Origin: Acidobacteriota bacterium
GTDB taxonomy: Bacteria; Acidobacteriota; UBA6911
Length of the DNA stretch: 64,000 bases
NCBI GenBank assembly: GCA_963664705.1
Contig: OY761556.1
Location: forward strand, 5,792,001-5,856,000
Reading direction: 5' to 3'
Positions 19,555-29,579 of this stretch are shown piece after piece. The translations under genes and the position numbers were made by a program. Position 1 is the stretch's first letter, and each line of letters starts with the position of its first letter. Under the pieces are notes generated by a model. That model did not search any database. It saw only the letters and a program-made list of their open reading frames with translations, and was not told the origin of the DNA.

Positions 19555-19604
19555 CATGCGAAGCCGCGAAGCCATTAAGACAAAATACTTCGCGGCTTCG
19601 CATG
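19555..19604. terminator. Perfect 17-bp inverted repeat hairpin
   Basis: CATGCGAAGCCGCGAAG / CTTCGCGGCTTCGCATG about 10 bp after the stop codon. No clear U-tract, so it may be REP-like rather than a terminator. Confidence 0.55.
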
Positions 19605-19808
19605 CTTGCATGAATTGATTGTCAAATCTCTCCTAAGCGCGCCACCCTGAAAGGGGATCTGCCGGACTCATTGCCATTCCAGGGACTCCTCCGATTTCCT
19701 TGACATGCTTTTGGATGGAGTACTATATCTATCTCCCGCCAAACCCGACTGCACGTGGTTTGACTCCAACGATCTAATTCACAAAGCTGGCAACAGGGAG
19801 ATGCATCC

Positions 19809-21101
19809 ATGACACTTCATAATAGAACAAAGACCACAATAGCCATCGTGGCATTGTGTTTGGCTGTTGGCCTTATCCTGGCTCAATTTGTGATTGCCCA
19901 GGCCCCGGCGCCGCAAAGCGGCCGTGGAGCCATGCCCGGTCAACAAAGAGGCGGCGGCATGTTCGGCGCCGATCCTCGCGTCAAAACGCTGACCTATCAC
20001 TTCGCGGAAGCGGATGAGGACATGCAATATTGCCTGTTTGTTTCCTCGAAGGTCAGCAAAGATAAAAAAAGCCCACTCATCGTTACTCTGCACGGGATGG
20101 GGGCCGGTCCGACCATTATGGTTACGAAAGCGGCGGTGGATCTGGCTGAGGAGGGCGGCTATATTCTGGTCAGCCCGATGGGATACAACACGAACGGCTG
20201 GTATGGAAGCATGCCCGGCGGCATGAGCGGTATGAGGGGAGCTCCCGGCGGTCGAGGGGGCGATGGGCGCGGTGGTGCTCCCGCGCCGGGCGGCGGCTTC
20301 AATGCCGAATTGACCGCCAAAAGAGAGAAAACTGACAGACCGTCGACTGGGGCGGCGGGAAAGTGGCTCATAAAGGACAACAACAATGAAATGAAGTTGG
20401 ATCTCAAAGCCGAGGGCCCCAAATTAACGGGAACGTTCGAAAATTCCCAAACGCCTGGAGCCGTCGAACTTAAAGACGGGAAAATCGAAGGAGATAAAAT
20501 CTCCTTCAACTATGTGCGCCAGATAAATGGCCAGGATATGAAGGTGTCGTGGACCGGCACACTGTCCGGCGATGAAATGAAGCTCAAACGCGAAATTGCC
20601 GGCGGCATGAGAAGCGGCGATGGACGCAGCGGCCCCGGTATGATGGGTGGGATGCCGGGTGGAGGGAACTCTTCCGGCAAAGACACCAACGCGCTGAGCG
20701 AAAAAGATGTCATGAACGTTCTGGACATCGTGCTCAAGGAATACAAGATTGATGAAAAACGGATGTATCTGATGGGCCATTCGATGGGCGGCGCAGGCAC
20801 GCTGCACCTGGGAACCAAATATTCGGATAAGTGGGCCGCTCTGGCTGCCGCCGCACCTGCTGCGTTCACCAGTCCCGACGTTTTAAAATCGCTGGTCGGC
20901 AAAGGCGTTCCCGTGATGATCATGCGCGGCGATCAGGATACTCTTATTGGCGCGAGCGTAACGCAGCCGTGGGTTGACAAGTTGAAAGAACTCAAGATTT
21001 CTTACGAATATAAGGAAATACCGGGCGTGGAACATGGCGGCATCATTACCGCGTGCTTGCCGGCTTTTTACGAATTCTTCGCGAAACACTCAAAAAATTA
21101 G
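19809..21101 (+). CDS. Secreted alpha/beta hydrolase (esterase/peptidase) with an inserted beta-strand domain
   Basis: Signal peptide; PLIVTLHGMG, nucleophile motif GHSMGG, GDQD, GVEHG. An insertion of ~100 aa lies between Gly-rich linkers. Confidence 0.85.
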   Translation: MTLHNRTKTTIAIVALCLAVGLILAQFVIAQAPAPQSGRGAMPGQQRGGGMFGADPRVKTLTYHFAEADEDMQYCLFVSSKVSKDKKSPLIVTLHGMGAGPTIMVTKAAVDLAEEGGYILVSPMGYNTNGWYGSMPGGMSGMRGAPGGRGGDGRGGAPAPGGGFNAELTAKREKTDRPSTGAAGKWLIKDNNNEMKLDLKAEGPKLTGTFENSQTPGAVELKDGKIEGDKISFNYVRQINGQDMKVSWTGTLSGDEMKLKREIAGGMRSGDGRSGPGMMGGMPGGGNSSGKDTNALSEKDVMNVLDIVLKEYKIDEKRMYLMGHSMGGAGTLHLGTKYSDKWAALAAAAPAAFTSPDVLKSLVGKGVPVMIMRGDQDTLIGASVTQPWVDKLKELKISYEYKEIPGVEHGGIITACLPAFYEFFAKHSKN

Positions 21102-21140
21102 CCTCGCCGGCCGATTGATGCAACGCTTCTGATCGGCTGA

Positions 21141-21231
21141 GCTTGATACGAAAACGGGGCCGCATTTCCGCTCTCCACTTTTGTTTCAGGTGCACCAGTG
21201 GAGAGTGGCGATTCGGCCCCGTTTTTCAAGC
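21141..21231. terminator. Long imperfect hairpin downstream of the hydrolase
   Basis: AAAACGGGGCCG...CTCTCCACT / AGTGGAGAG...CGGCCCCGTTTTT, followed by CAAGC. Confidence 0.6.
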
Positions 21232-21418
21232 AAATTGCTCGAAGTTTCCTCACTGATCTGCACTAAAATATCTTCGAAAATTGAAAAGAATGCGTGAAGT
21301 TGAGATGGCATCCTGGGAAAGGACCTTGGTGCTATCTGCACAGCTGGCGGCCATGCCGAAGGCGCTGATTAATGTCGCATGGAACCCGCATACGTGACAT
21401 AAAGATTGGAAATCTAAA

Positions 21419-23326
21419 ATGAAAGCTAGCATTACACCTCTATTTTTCGGTCTCTTTCTACTTTTTGGTGTCAGCGCATCTGCGTTGAACTATCAACAGC
21501 ATTTCAGCAATGAAGCAAGTTTTGAGACCCTTGAGGAGGCTCGCCTCAATGGCCCTGCCTTGCTTACAAAATTGACCGGCCGCATTTATGTGCCTGATCC
21601 CGCCCTTGATACCTATCCAGCCGGCACCACGTTTGTATACCGCTCCGCCAGGATGTTTACCAACTCGAGTGCCGCCACACGTATGAATACAAACATCCTT
21701 GTCTATACGGACAAGTCCTTCGGAAGCAAGGATGAAGCGCTTGCCTTCCTAAAGGGTCTTGGCTTGAGCAGCATCATCGGGAAGGCTTTTGGCAGCGTGA
21801 TACTGATTACTCCTATCGATAAGGAAAAGGGATTCGGTATTGCAGACCAAACTGCCTATTACCAGCTACAGTCCGCCATGTTCAATGTCGGTTACTCCAA
21901 GAGAACCAAGAATGCAATGACCTATTATTCCGATAATGCCTATTACGGTGGCGTTACGTATCGCTACCTGATCGGCCTGGGCGGCGGGGCCACCTTCATC
22001 AATAACTACATATCCAGCACCTTCGACTATATCACCCGTGTTGCCGGAGTCCTTCTTGTTGGCGGAGATATGGAGCGTGTCCGTAAAGTAGCCTCTTTTG
22101 TGCCTTCGTATCTTGTCAACGCGCCCGATGCCGTCATTGGGAAATACCGAGCCGCGAATGCAACGGATGCCTGGGGCACGCAGGGCAGCCTGAAGTACTA
22201 CTTCAATCAGGCGCAGCCGCTTCAGAAGGTGATCGTAGCTTCCGGGAACAATCCGGACATCGCGTCCATCGTCCACGACGCCTACGATCGGCTGTTTACT
22301 AAGGCACTTCGCGTTCCTGTTATCAAATCCAATCTCCATACGGCGTCTACCCCATATGCAGACTATAACTTTAACGCAGCGCCCTACTCCCTGGGTGAGC
22401 GCAATGCCATCACAGATGGGGTGACGGTGGACAAGGTCTATGTGGTCGAGCATCAGGAGGACCGCTTCAAGAGTATAGTTTCGGAAACCGGCGAATACCT
22501 GGATACGTGGTATGAACTGCTCCCGGAGGAAGTAAAGAACAACACGGCGCCAAAACATTCAGTGCCGCTTGTCCTGGCAAATCATGGCGGCGGTGACGAT
22601 CCTCTGCAGTATTTGGACGAGATTGGCATGCTTAATCTTGCCGGCAAAAAACGGATTGCCGTTGTAGCCCCCTTCCATTCGAATGTGACAAACCTCCTGA
22701 GTGATGCCTTGCCAAAACTGGTCCGGTATATGCTGGACACGTTTCCTGCGCTGGACCCCTCGCGTGTGTATTGTACCGGTTACTCCATGGGTGGCAGGGC
22801 CACCATGGCGGCGCTCAGCGGGAACGCCAGCCTCTTTGCTGCTGCGGTGCCCCAGGGCGCTGTAACCTATCTTGCAACGGAGGACCAGGCAAAACAGTAT
22901 GCTCACACGGATATTCCGATTCTCTTCACAACCTCCACCTACGATTTCCATATGGACGAGGCCACCCTCGCACTACGCTTAAACTACTATTTCGGCATGA
23001 AGACGATCACTTTCGACTATACGACGTTGATCAACCAGTACCTTGGCTACAACGGGATGGATCCGGTTCAGTTTAACTTCGCTGCATATCCCATGAGCGG
23101 ATTCAAGGGTGATGCGTATGAGAGGGTGATGCTGAACAACGAGTATGCAAGCCATACCTGGACAATAAACAATAGCGCTGGAGTTCCCATGGTGGGGTTG
23201 AACGTCACTGAATTTCTGCCACACGGCCTCTATCAGGAATACGCAGGCATCTTCTGGAACTTTGCGAAGCACTACTCCAGAAACCCTAAAACCGGTGAAA
23301 TTGTATACAACCCATTTGTTGATTAA
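21419..23326 (+). CDS. Secreted double-domain esterase (PHB-depolymerase-like C-terminal domain), paralogue 1
   Basis: Signal peptide; PLVLANHGGGDDP, DPSRVYCTGYSMGG, TYDF, LPHGLY. The N-terminal half is a degenerate hydrolase domain (IGLGGGATF). Confidence 0.8.
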   Translation: MKASITPLFFGLFLLFGVSASALNYQQHFSNEASFETLEEARLNGPALLTKLTGRIYVPDPALDTYPAGTTFVYRSARMFTNSSAATRMNTNILVYTDKSFGSKDEALAFLKGLGLSSIIGKAFGSVILITPIDKEKGFGIADQTAYYQLQSAMFNVGYSKRTKNAMTYYSDNAYYGGVTYRYLIGLGGGATFINNYISSTFDYITRVAGVLLVGGDMERVRKVASFVPSYLVNAPDAVIGKYRAANATDAWGTQGSLKYYFNQAQPLQKVIVASGNNPDIASIVHDAYDRLFTKALRVPVIKSNLHTASTPYADYNFNAAPYSLGERNAITDGVTVDKVYVVEHQEDRFKSIVSETGEYLDTWYELLPEEVKNNTAPKHSVPLVLANHGGGDDPLQYLDEIGMLNLAGKKRIAVVAPFHSNVTNLLSDALPKLVRYMLDTFPALDPSRVYCTGYSMGGRATMAALSGNASLFAAAVPQGAVTYLATEDQAKQYAHTDIPILFTTSTYDFHMDEATLALRLNYYFGMKTITFDYTTLINQYLGYNGMDPVQFNFAAYPMSGFKGDAYERVMLNNEYASHTWTINNSAGVPMVGLNVTEFLPHGLYQEYAGIFWNFAKHYSRNPKTGEIVYNPFVD

Positions 23327-23339
23327 AGAGAGAGTTATT

Positions 23340-25328
23340 GTGAGAAAATCTGTTACTGGATTCACCGCATTATTCACCATAATTTTCCTGACGATGGGTA
23401 TGTTCAGCCTAATGCGGGCTGAGGCAACATACTCCTACATGAACTACTTCAACCGGCAAAAAAACTCGGCGACGTTCGAGCTTCTTGAAGAGGCACGCCA
23501 GAGTGGGCCTAAAGCCGTTGCATCCTTGTATGGAAACGGGGAAAAGCAATTTAAACCTCATCCCGCTTTGGAAACGTTTCCTTCGAAAAGCGTATTTGTA
23601 TATCGTTCAGCAAATCTCTACGGAGGGCAAACGGCCGCTCGAAATAATACGGCAGTGGTGGTTTTTGCTGAACGCTCTTTCAGGGGAAAAGACGAGGCGC
23701 TTGGCTTCCTGACAAAGCTGGGATTGATCAAGCAAATCGATTCAGTGACAGGAAGCGTCATTCTCATTACGCCGGCTGATCCCAGCGGCGGCTTTACCAA
23801 GACAGATCTAAAGAACTATTACACGCTGCACAACGTTCTGTTTACGCAGAAAGCTTCTGAACGAACAAATAAAGGAATACTTTACTATTCTGACGCAGAA
23901 TATTGCGGCGCCAGCGGCAAAGTGTATTTTATTGGAATCGAAGGCGGGGCAACTTTCATCAACAATTATATCGCGCCGGGCCGACATGACTGCATCGGTC
24001 TGTGTGCCGGCCTGATGCTGATTGGCGGTGAAATGGAAGCGTCAGCGAAGGTCAGCAAATATGTACCCGCTTATGTTCTCAATGGCTCTCAGGGTGCCGT
24101 TGAGCAGTACCGCAAGGTCAACGGGACAGATGCGTATCGTGTTGAGAATGGTATTGAAGTGTTCTACAACCGACTCGTTCCGCTGCGGCGGGTGATGGTT
24201 GCCAGAGATAAACAGCCGGAACTCTCTTCCTATATTGCAGATGCTTTCCACCGACTTTTCCTTGAGGCCCAGCGTGTATCTGTTATCCGCTCAGTGACGC
24301 AGGAAACGGTGAACACTCCCCCCTATCTGAACTACGTCCCGGCGCCCGAAATCAGCCGGTATGCGTTGTGCAACCGCAATGCAATCGTCAATGGCGTCAC
24401 AGCAAAGGGCGGGCTTCACGTCTCCTTCCATCAGGAAGAGATTTTCAACGACTTGAAGACCAAATACGATCAGTATCTGCAATCCTGGTATGACTTTCTT
24501 CCACCGGACGTTTTGGATGGGACCGCGGCTAAAGGAAGCGTTCCCGTCATTCTGGCGCTGCATGGAACTGGGGATGATCCCCTGATGTTCGTTGATGAAA
24601 TCGGCCTTTTGGAGGTTGCCGGACGGGAAAGAGTGGCTGTGATCGCACCTTTCGAAGAAGAACTGGTCATCGTACATGAGGGTTCACGCGTCGTAATGGG
24701 AGTACCGGTCTCCGAGGGGATTCTGGTTAAGGCATTGCCACGACTGATAGACCGCATGCTTAAGAAATATCCGGCGCTGGATGCTTCCCGCGTGTATGCA
24801 ACAGGATATTCTCTTGGAGGTGGCTCCACCCTCCGGGCTGTTTATGGCGGCATGGGAAAAATTGCTGCGGCTGTTCCCATGGCCGGTATGCACGATGACC
24901 TGGTCTATTCCAGTACGCCGGAAGAAGATGGCCGACTGCGGGAAATTGGAATGCCTGTCATGATTCTGACCTCTACCTTCGATCTGGGCTTCAACCAGGA
25001 GGAAGGCCGGTTGACAGACAATACGCTCAAGCAGTTGCGTGACTTTGCCAGGGTGAACCGGATCCAACTGGCTGATGTTCGCGACTTTTCAGCCAATCCT
25101 ATGATCGGCTATTCGGTTGACCGGATGGATGTGACAACTTTAGCAGGAGAATGGCGCAACTTTTTGTGGTCCTTTAAAAATGATAAAGGGATACCGGTTC
25201 TGAGCGTGTCATGCACGGAGAATTTGACGCATGCGCTATATCCCAATTATGGCGAGATCGCCTGGGACTTCATGCGGCATTTTGCCCGTGAATCCAGGAC
25301 CGGTAAATTGCTGTATACATCGCGCTGA
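23340..25328 (+). CDS. Secreted double-domain esterase, paralogue 2
   Basis: GTG start at 23340; PVILALHGTGDDP, DASRVYATGYSLGG, TFDL, LTHALY. N-terminal FELLEEAR and IGIEGGATF. Confidence 0.8.
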   Translation: MRKSVTGFTALFTIIFLTMGMFSLMRAEATYSYMNYFNRQKNSATFELLEEARQSGPKAVASLYGNGEKQFKPHPALETFPSKSVFVYRSANLYGGQTAARNNTAVVVFAERSFRGKDEALGFLTKLGLIKQIDSVTGSVILITPADPSGGFTKTDLKNYYTLHNVLFTQKASERTNKGILYYSDAEYCGASGKVYFIGIEGGATFINNYIAPGRHDCIGLCAGLMLIGGEMEASAKVSKYVPAYVLNGSQGAVEQYRKVNGTDAYRVENGIEVFYNRLVPLRRVMVARDKQPELSSYIADAFHRLFLEAQRVSVIRSVTQETVNTPPYLNYVPAPEISRYALCNRNAIVNGVTAKGGLHVSFHQEEIFNDLKTKYDQYLQSWYDFLPPDVLDGTAAKGSVPVILALHGTGDDPLMFVDEIGLLEVAGRERVAVIAPFEEELVIVHEGSRVVMGVPVSEGILVKALPRLIDRMLKKYPALDASRVYATGYSLGGGSTLRAVYGGMGKIAAAVPMAGMHDDLVYSSTPEEDGRLREIGMPVMILTSTFDLGFNQEEGRLTDNTLKQLRDFARVNRIQLADVRDFSANPMIGYSVDRMDVTTLAGEWRNFLWSFKNDKGIPVLSVSCTENLTHALYPNYGEIAWDFMRHFARESRTGKLLYTSR

Positions 25329-25502
25329 CCAGAAGGCTTTGTGTGTATAAAGAGGATCAGGCCGAAGATAGAATTAGATTAGAGCCGTAATCTCCTGTCG
25401 CTTCATCACGCGCATATTCAGTTCAGACAGCCCGCCATACGCTGAACTACGCAGTCTGTTCACTCGATGGGACTGCGGTTGGAAAAATTGTTCGCCAACA
25501 GT

Positions 25503-25531
25503 TTGACAAAACCCATTTCAAAACTTATCAA
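25503..25531 (+). promoter_or_regulatory. Candidate sigma70 promoter of the hsp20 operon
   Basis: TTGACA, 17-bp spacer, TATCAA, about 50 bp upstream of the ATG at 25580. Confidence 0.45.
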
Positions 25532-25579
25532 AAAGACCGAAAAACTGATTGAAACGATACTCTGAAGGGAGGGTCAATC

Positions 25580-26050
25580 ATGAGCCTTATGTCATTCGAC
25601 ATTTTGGAGGAAATGGGGAGAATGCGAAGGGAAATCGACCGGATCCTGGGTGAAGGAGGGCCTTCCTCGTGGACCTTTCCATTCTCAAGAATCTCATTTC
25701 TTCCGGGCAGATCTTCACAAATTTATCCTCTGATAAACATAAGCGAAGACAACAACAACTTTTATGTGGATGCGCTGGCGCCGGGTCTCGATCCGGACAC
25801 CTTGAATGTCTCGGTAACCGGTGATCAGCTTGTCGTTTCGGGAGAGAAAAGGCCTCTGCCCAAGAATGTCAAATCCGAGTACATCCATCGAAGTGAACGG
25901 GCGGCAGGGCAATTTACCCGAAGCCTATCCCTTTCTGCCGGCGTAGAAAGCGACCATGTGCAGGCTAATTACACCAACGGAGTGCTGAAGATAGTCCTGC
26001 CCAAGGTTGAAGCGGCCAAACCCAAGCAAATTTCCGTAAAAGTGAGCTGA
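25580..26050 (+). CDS. Hsp20/alpha-crystallin small heat-shock protein
   Basis: YPLINISED, ALAPGL, VSGEK, SERAAGQFTRSL, ANYTNGVLKIVLPK. Confidence 0.95.
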   Translation: MSLMSFDILEEMGRMRREIDRILGEGGPSSWTFPFSRISFLPGRSSQIYPLINISEDNNNFYVDALAPGLDPDTLNVSVTGDQLVVSGEKRPLPKNVKSEYIHRSERAAGQFTRSLSLSAGVESDHVQANYTNGVLKIVLPKVEAAKPKQISVKVS

Positions 26051-26083
26051 AATCAAAAGCCATTGAAAGGAGGTAAAAAGACC

Positions 26084-26497
26084 ATGGCCGAACAAACCGC
26101 TGCTCTCACCACTGAAAAGCCGGGAAGCCCCGACAAAGCGGGAGCAAAATCTCTGGGAACCAGGGATGACGCTATCTACATTGCTCCGCCGGTGGATATA
26201 TTCGAAAACGGAGAATCTCTGATTGTTGTCGCGGATCTGCCGGGTGTGGACAAGGATGGAGTCGAGATCAGTGTCGAGGACGATATCTTAACCATCAAGG
26301 GTAAAGCAAAGTACGCTCAAACGCCGACGGTTCTTCGTCAGGAATTCACTCTGAAAAACTATTATCGGCAGTTCCAGCTCAGCGATGAAGTGGATCAAAG
26401 CAAAATTACAGCGGAGTCCAAGAACGGAGTTTTGACTGTCATGCTGCCCAAAGCGGAGAAATCAAAACCTAAGCAGATCAAGGTGAATGTAGGTTAA
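26084..26497 (+). CDS. Hsp20/alpha-crystallin small heat-shock protein
   Basis: PPVDIFE, ADLPGV, YYRQFQL, AESKNGVLTVMLPK. AGGAGG RBS, start at 26084. Confidence 0.95.
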   Translation: MAEQTAALTTEKPGSPDKAGAKSLGTRDDAIYIAPPVDIFENGESLIVVADLPGVDKDGVEISVEDDILTIKGKAKYAQTPTVLRQEFTLKNYYRQFQLSDEVDQSKITAESKNGVLTVMLPKAEKSKPKQIKVNVG

Positions 26498-26704
26498 ATT
26501 GCCAAATTCCGATAGGGGACGGTGTAATTCTGGGTTCTCGGTCGGAATCCCGAAAGCGGATTCGTAAAGATCTAATGCGCAACGAAGATTACATTTCCCG
26601 GATTGCTCCGTCCTCTCTTCGGAAAACCATTTTCCTGCTGGTACCGGTCCGAACCGGATAATGGCCCTTTGCGGAGGAAAAGACATAAAAGAGAGGGTAC
26701 GGCA

Positions 26705-27439
26705 ATGGCGAAAAACTACTACGCAATTCTGGGCGTTTCGCCGACTGCAACTTTTGACGAGATAAGATCTGCCTATCGGCAACGGGCGAAACAATACCAC
26801 CCTGACTACTTTGGCAAAAACAGCACACCATTCCTGGGTGTCCAGGAAGCCTATGATGTATTGGGTGATCCGTCAAACCGAAGTTCGTATGATCGAGGCT
26901 TACGTGAATCCCGCATCAAAATAAGGTCAGGCGGGCATGCCGAGCCGGTTATTATTCGATCACGCACTGCCACGGTTGAACCACTCATACCATTCCGCAG
27001 GCCAATAGACCTGGGGCGCATATTCCCACAAACATCTTTCCGGAGCTATAGCCCCTCTTTCGACGAGATCTTTGAGGATGTGTGGGATTTCCTCGGTCAG
27101 CCTCCTGAAAAAAAGTCGGAACAATTCAGATCGCTTACTATGGAGATCCGCTTGACGCGCGACCAGGCGAATCGCGGCGGGCGCTTTCAGATCCGCATGC
27201 CCCTCCAGCATCCCTGTGCAATATGCGATGGTTCCGGCGAGGTTGGGCCTTTCCACTGCTGGAACTGCAGCGGCAGCGGATCCGCATTGAACGAATTTGT
27301 CCTTGAGGCTGAGTATCCGCCGGGCATTCAGGACTTATATCGCATAGCTGTTCCTTTGCATCGATACGGCATCCTCGATCTATGTCCAGTTCTTGTATTC
27401 CGCATCAGCGGCGAAGGGGATTTTGAGGATCTTTTCTAA
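26705..27439 (+). CDS. DnaJ-domain protein with a partial zinc finger
   Basis: J-domain NYYAILGV...YHPD...AYDVLGDP; CAICDGSG and CWNCSGSG motifs. Confidence 0.88.
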   Translation: MAKNYYAILGVSPTATFDEIRSAYRQRAKQYHPDYFGKNSTPFLGVQEAYDVLGDPSNRSSYDRGLRESRIKIRSGGHAEPVIIRSRTATVEPLIPFRRPIDLGRIFPQTSFRSYSPSFDEIFEDVWDFLGQPPEKKSEQFRSLTMEIRLTRDQANRGGRFQIRMPLQHPCAICDGSGEVGPFHCWNCSGSGSALNEFVLEAEYPPGIQDLYRIAVPLHRYGILDLCPVLVFRISGEGDFEDLF

Positions 27440-27594
27440 AAATCGAGATAGTGGATTCTGATGGATTGGACTGCAGAGCAGCCGCATGCCAAGGCAATGG
27501 AAGAGGCAGTAAATAAGTCGACAAAAGAAGGGAAGCCTTAATCAGGAAATAATCCATGGCAGTTGTTAAAAATCGGCTGCAAAGGAGAGGCTAT

Positions 27595-28140
27595 ATGCGC
27601 AAATTAGTGATAGTTCTGACTATTCTGTTTTTTGGGATAAATGTCGGCGCCCAGACAAGAAAGCAGGACTTGGGGAATATTCATGAACGCTTGATTCGGG
27701 AGGCTCGGCATCAACTCCTGCTTTTGCCAAATTACAGTGTATTCGACAATATTGAATTCAAGGTGACTGGAATTGATGCGGTAGTCCTGCTTGGCCAGGT
27801 TCCCCGTCCCATCCTGAAAAGCGATGCGGAGAGTGCGGTCCGCAGACTTGAAGGCGTGGGAAAGGTAGAAAACCAAATTGAAGTGCTGCCGCTTTCTCCG
27901 AATGACGATCGGATTCGTATGGCAGCGTTTCGGGCCGTTTTTTCGAAACCTGGGCTCGACAGGTATGCTGTTATGGCGATGCCTTCTATTCACATCATCG
28001 TTAAAAATGGCAATATCACCCTCGTCGGCGTTGTGGCGAATGAGGCGGACAAGAATATCGCCGGCATCGCCGCCAAAGGCGTAACAGGAGTCTTTGAAGT
28101 AGTCACCAACCTGCAAGTAGAAGCAAAAAAGGAGCTCTAA
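27595..28140 (+). CDS. Secreted BON-domain protein
   Basis: Signal peptide and two BON repeats (VLLGQV...VENQIEV; ITLVGVV...VVTNLQV). Confidence 0.9.
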   Translation: MRKLVIVLTILFFGINVGAQTRKQDLGNIHERLIREARHQLLLLPNYSVFDNIEFKVTGIDAVVLLGQVPRPILKSDAESAVRRLEGVGKVENQIEVLPLSPNDDRIRMAAFRAVFSKPGLDRYAVMAMPSIHIIVKNGNITLVGVVANEADKNIAGIAAKGVTGVFEVVTNLQVEAKKEL

Positions 28141-28178
28141 AATTAGGGCAAGAAGCCGACTGAAATAAATGGGTGCAG

Positions 28179-28295
28179 TCAATTGGACATGGTTATCGTT
28201 TTTCCGTATTTTGAAACGGTAGTCCGGTAAGCCCCTACTTTTTTTCCGGCCTTTTTAGCTGCAACGGTTGCGGTGTTAGAATCAACCCTTTTCCG
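28179..28295 (-). pseudogene. Probable fragment of a lipocalin-like secreted protein gene
   Basis: KRVDSNTATVAAKKAGKKVGAYRTTVSKYGKTIT resembles the common KK.GK.V...R..VS.DGKT.T strand motif. No N-terminus or signal peptide. Confidence 0.45.
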
Positions 28296-28373
28296 CCGTT
28301 CTTCGGTGTGCGGAAATTGCCGGAAACCCGCTTGGATTCGTTGTAGCAGTCGACGGTTGCTTCCTCGATCCAT

Positions 28374-29300
28374 TTATTGGAGCGTCTTCGCAATGCGAAC
28401 CGTAAGATAGTTGCGGCCGCGCGTCGTCGGCACGTAACCGCGTACGCGATTGCCCGATCGCTGCATCACAGGATTGCTCATATAGGATCCCGAGCGGAAC
28501 ATGCGCGTATTACAGGAGCCTTGCTTGTTGGCCGAACCGTCGGCAGGGGAATTGGTAAGATCCGCGAGATAACAGTCTTCCACCCACTCGTAACAATTGC
28601 CGTGCATATCATATAGACCGAACGGATTCGGCGGAAATGAAGCAACGGGCGATGTTTCGTCAAGCCAGACATCGCGCCCTTCCACTTTGCCGCCCAGCCC
28701 CGGGCCGGGAATGCCGAAGTTGCCGTAATTGTGGTCTATTTTATCACCCCAAGGAAACGCTGCGGTAGTACCGCCCCGCGCGGCGTATTCCCATTCGGCT
28801 TCGGACAGCAATCTATAGGCATCGTCACTGCCGGTTTTTTTATTGAGCCATCCGGCATACGCCTTTGCATCATACCAACTTACTCCGATGACAGGCCGCG
28901 TGCCTCGTCCCCAGTCCTTGAAATTTGCGTCGGGCTTACCATCACGATCGAGCCGCAAAGCGTTCTCAACAGCTATGCCGTCACACGCGCCGTCTTGCAC
29001 GCAAGCTTCCCATTGATCCCAGGTTACCTCCGTTTTGCTCACGGCAAATTTATGCGCAATGGTGACCTTGTGTTGGACTTCATGATCGCGTCGAAATTCT
29101 TCGTCTTTGGGTGTTCCCATGATAAAGGAACCGGATGGAATCACCACCATTTCCGGGCACGAGCGACAATCGCGAAATGTCTGTCCGGCCTTCAATGATG
29201 CGCCGTTTCTCTTGCCCGATGACGCTTCGCTTTGACCCAATGCGGTGTAACCTGTAAACAAAATTGCAGCCCAGAAAGCAATGACCCTGTATTTGTTCAT
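28374..29300 (-). CDS. Formylglycine-generating enzyme (FGE/SUMF1) family secreted protein
   Basis: FRDCRSCPEMVVIPSGSFIMG, EVTWDQW, PVIGVSWYDA, RLLSEAEWEYAARGG, NPFGLYDMHGN. Confidence 0.92.
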   Translation of the reverse strand: MNKYRVIAFWAAILFTGYTALGQSEASSGKRNGASLKAGQTFRDCRSCPEMVVIPSGSFIMGTPKDEEFRRDHEVQHKVTIAHKFAVSKTEVTWDQWEACVQDGACDGIAVENALRLDRDGKPDANFKDWGRGTRPVIGVSWYDAKAYAGWLNKKTGSDDAYRLLSEAEWEYAARGGTTAAFPWGDKIDHNYGNFGIPGPGLGGKVEGRDVWLDETSPVASFPPNPFGLYDMHGNCYEWVEDCYLADLTNSPADGSANKQGSCNTRMFRSGSYMSNPVMQRSGNRVRGYVPTTRGRNYLTVRIAKTLQ

Positions 29301-29579
29301 TGTCCCACCTCTCGTGTCTGTTATTTGCCAATGTGGCGTAGGCCGATACTCGATGCCATTGCCCGCGCGAGTCATGCAAAAATATATTGCGCTATACGGA
29401 TGGCAACTATTCTAAACCCGATTCCGAAGTTGAGGAGCAGAAGTTTTTAAATGGACCGCGGGTTGATCTGTGCACGCTGACTAAAGCTGCGCGTCCCTCC
29501 GCGGTTTCGTCCGACTTTTGAAATTCCCACCTTGGAATGCAAAGCAAAAAGACATAGGACCCGCCCATTCCGATACGTA

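Noticed and set aside
25330-25580. CIRCE or HAIR heat-shock operator
   Set aside because: Neither TTAGCACTC-N9-GAGTGCTAA nor CTTGAGT-N7-ACTCAAG is present.
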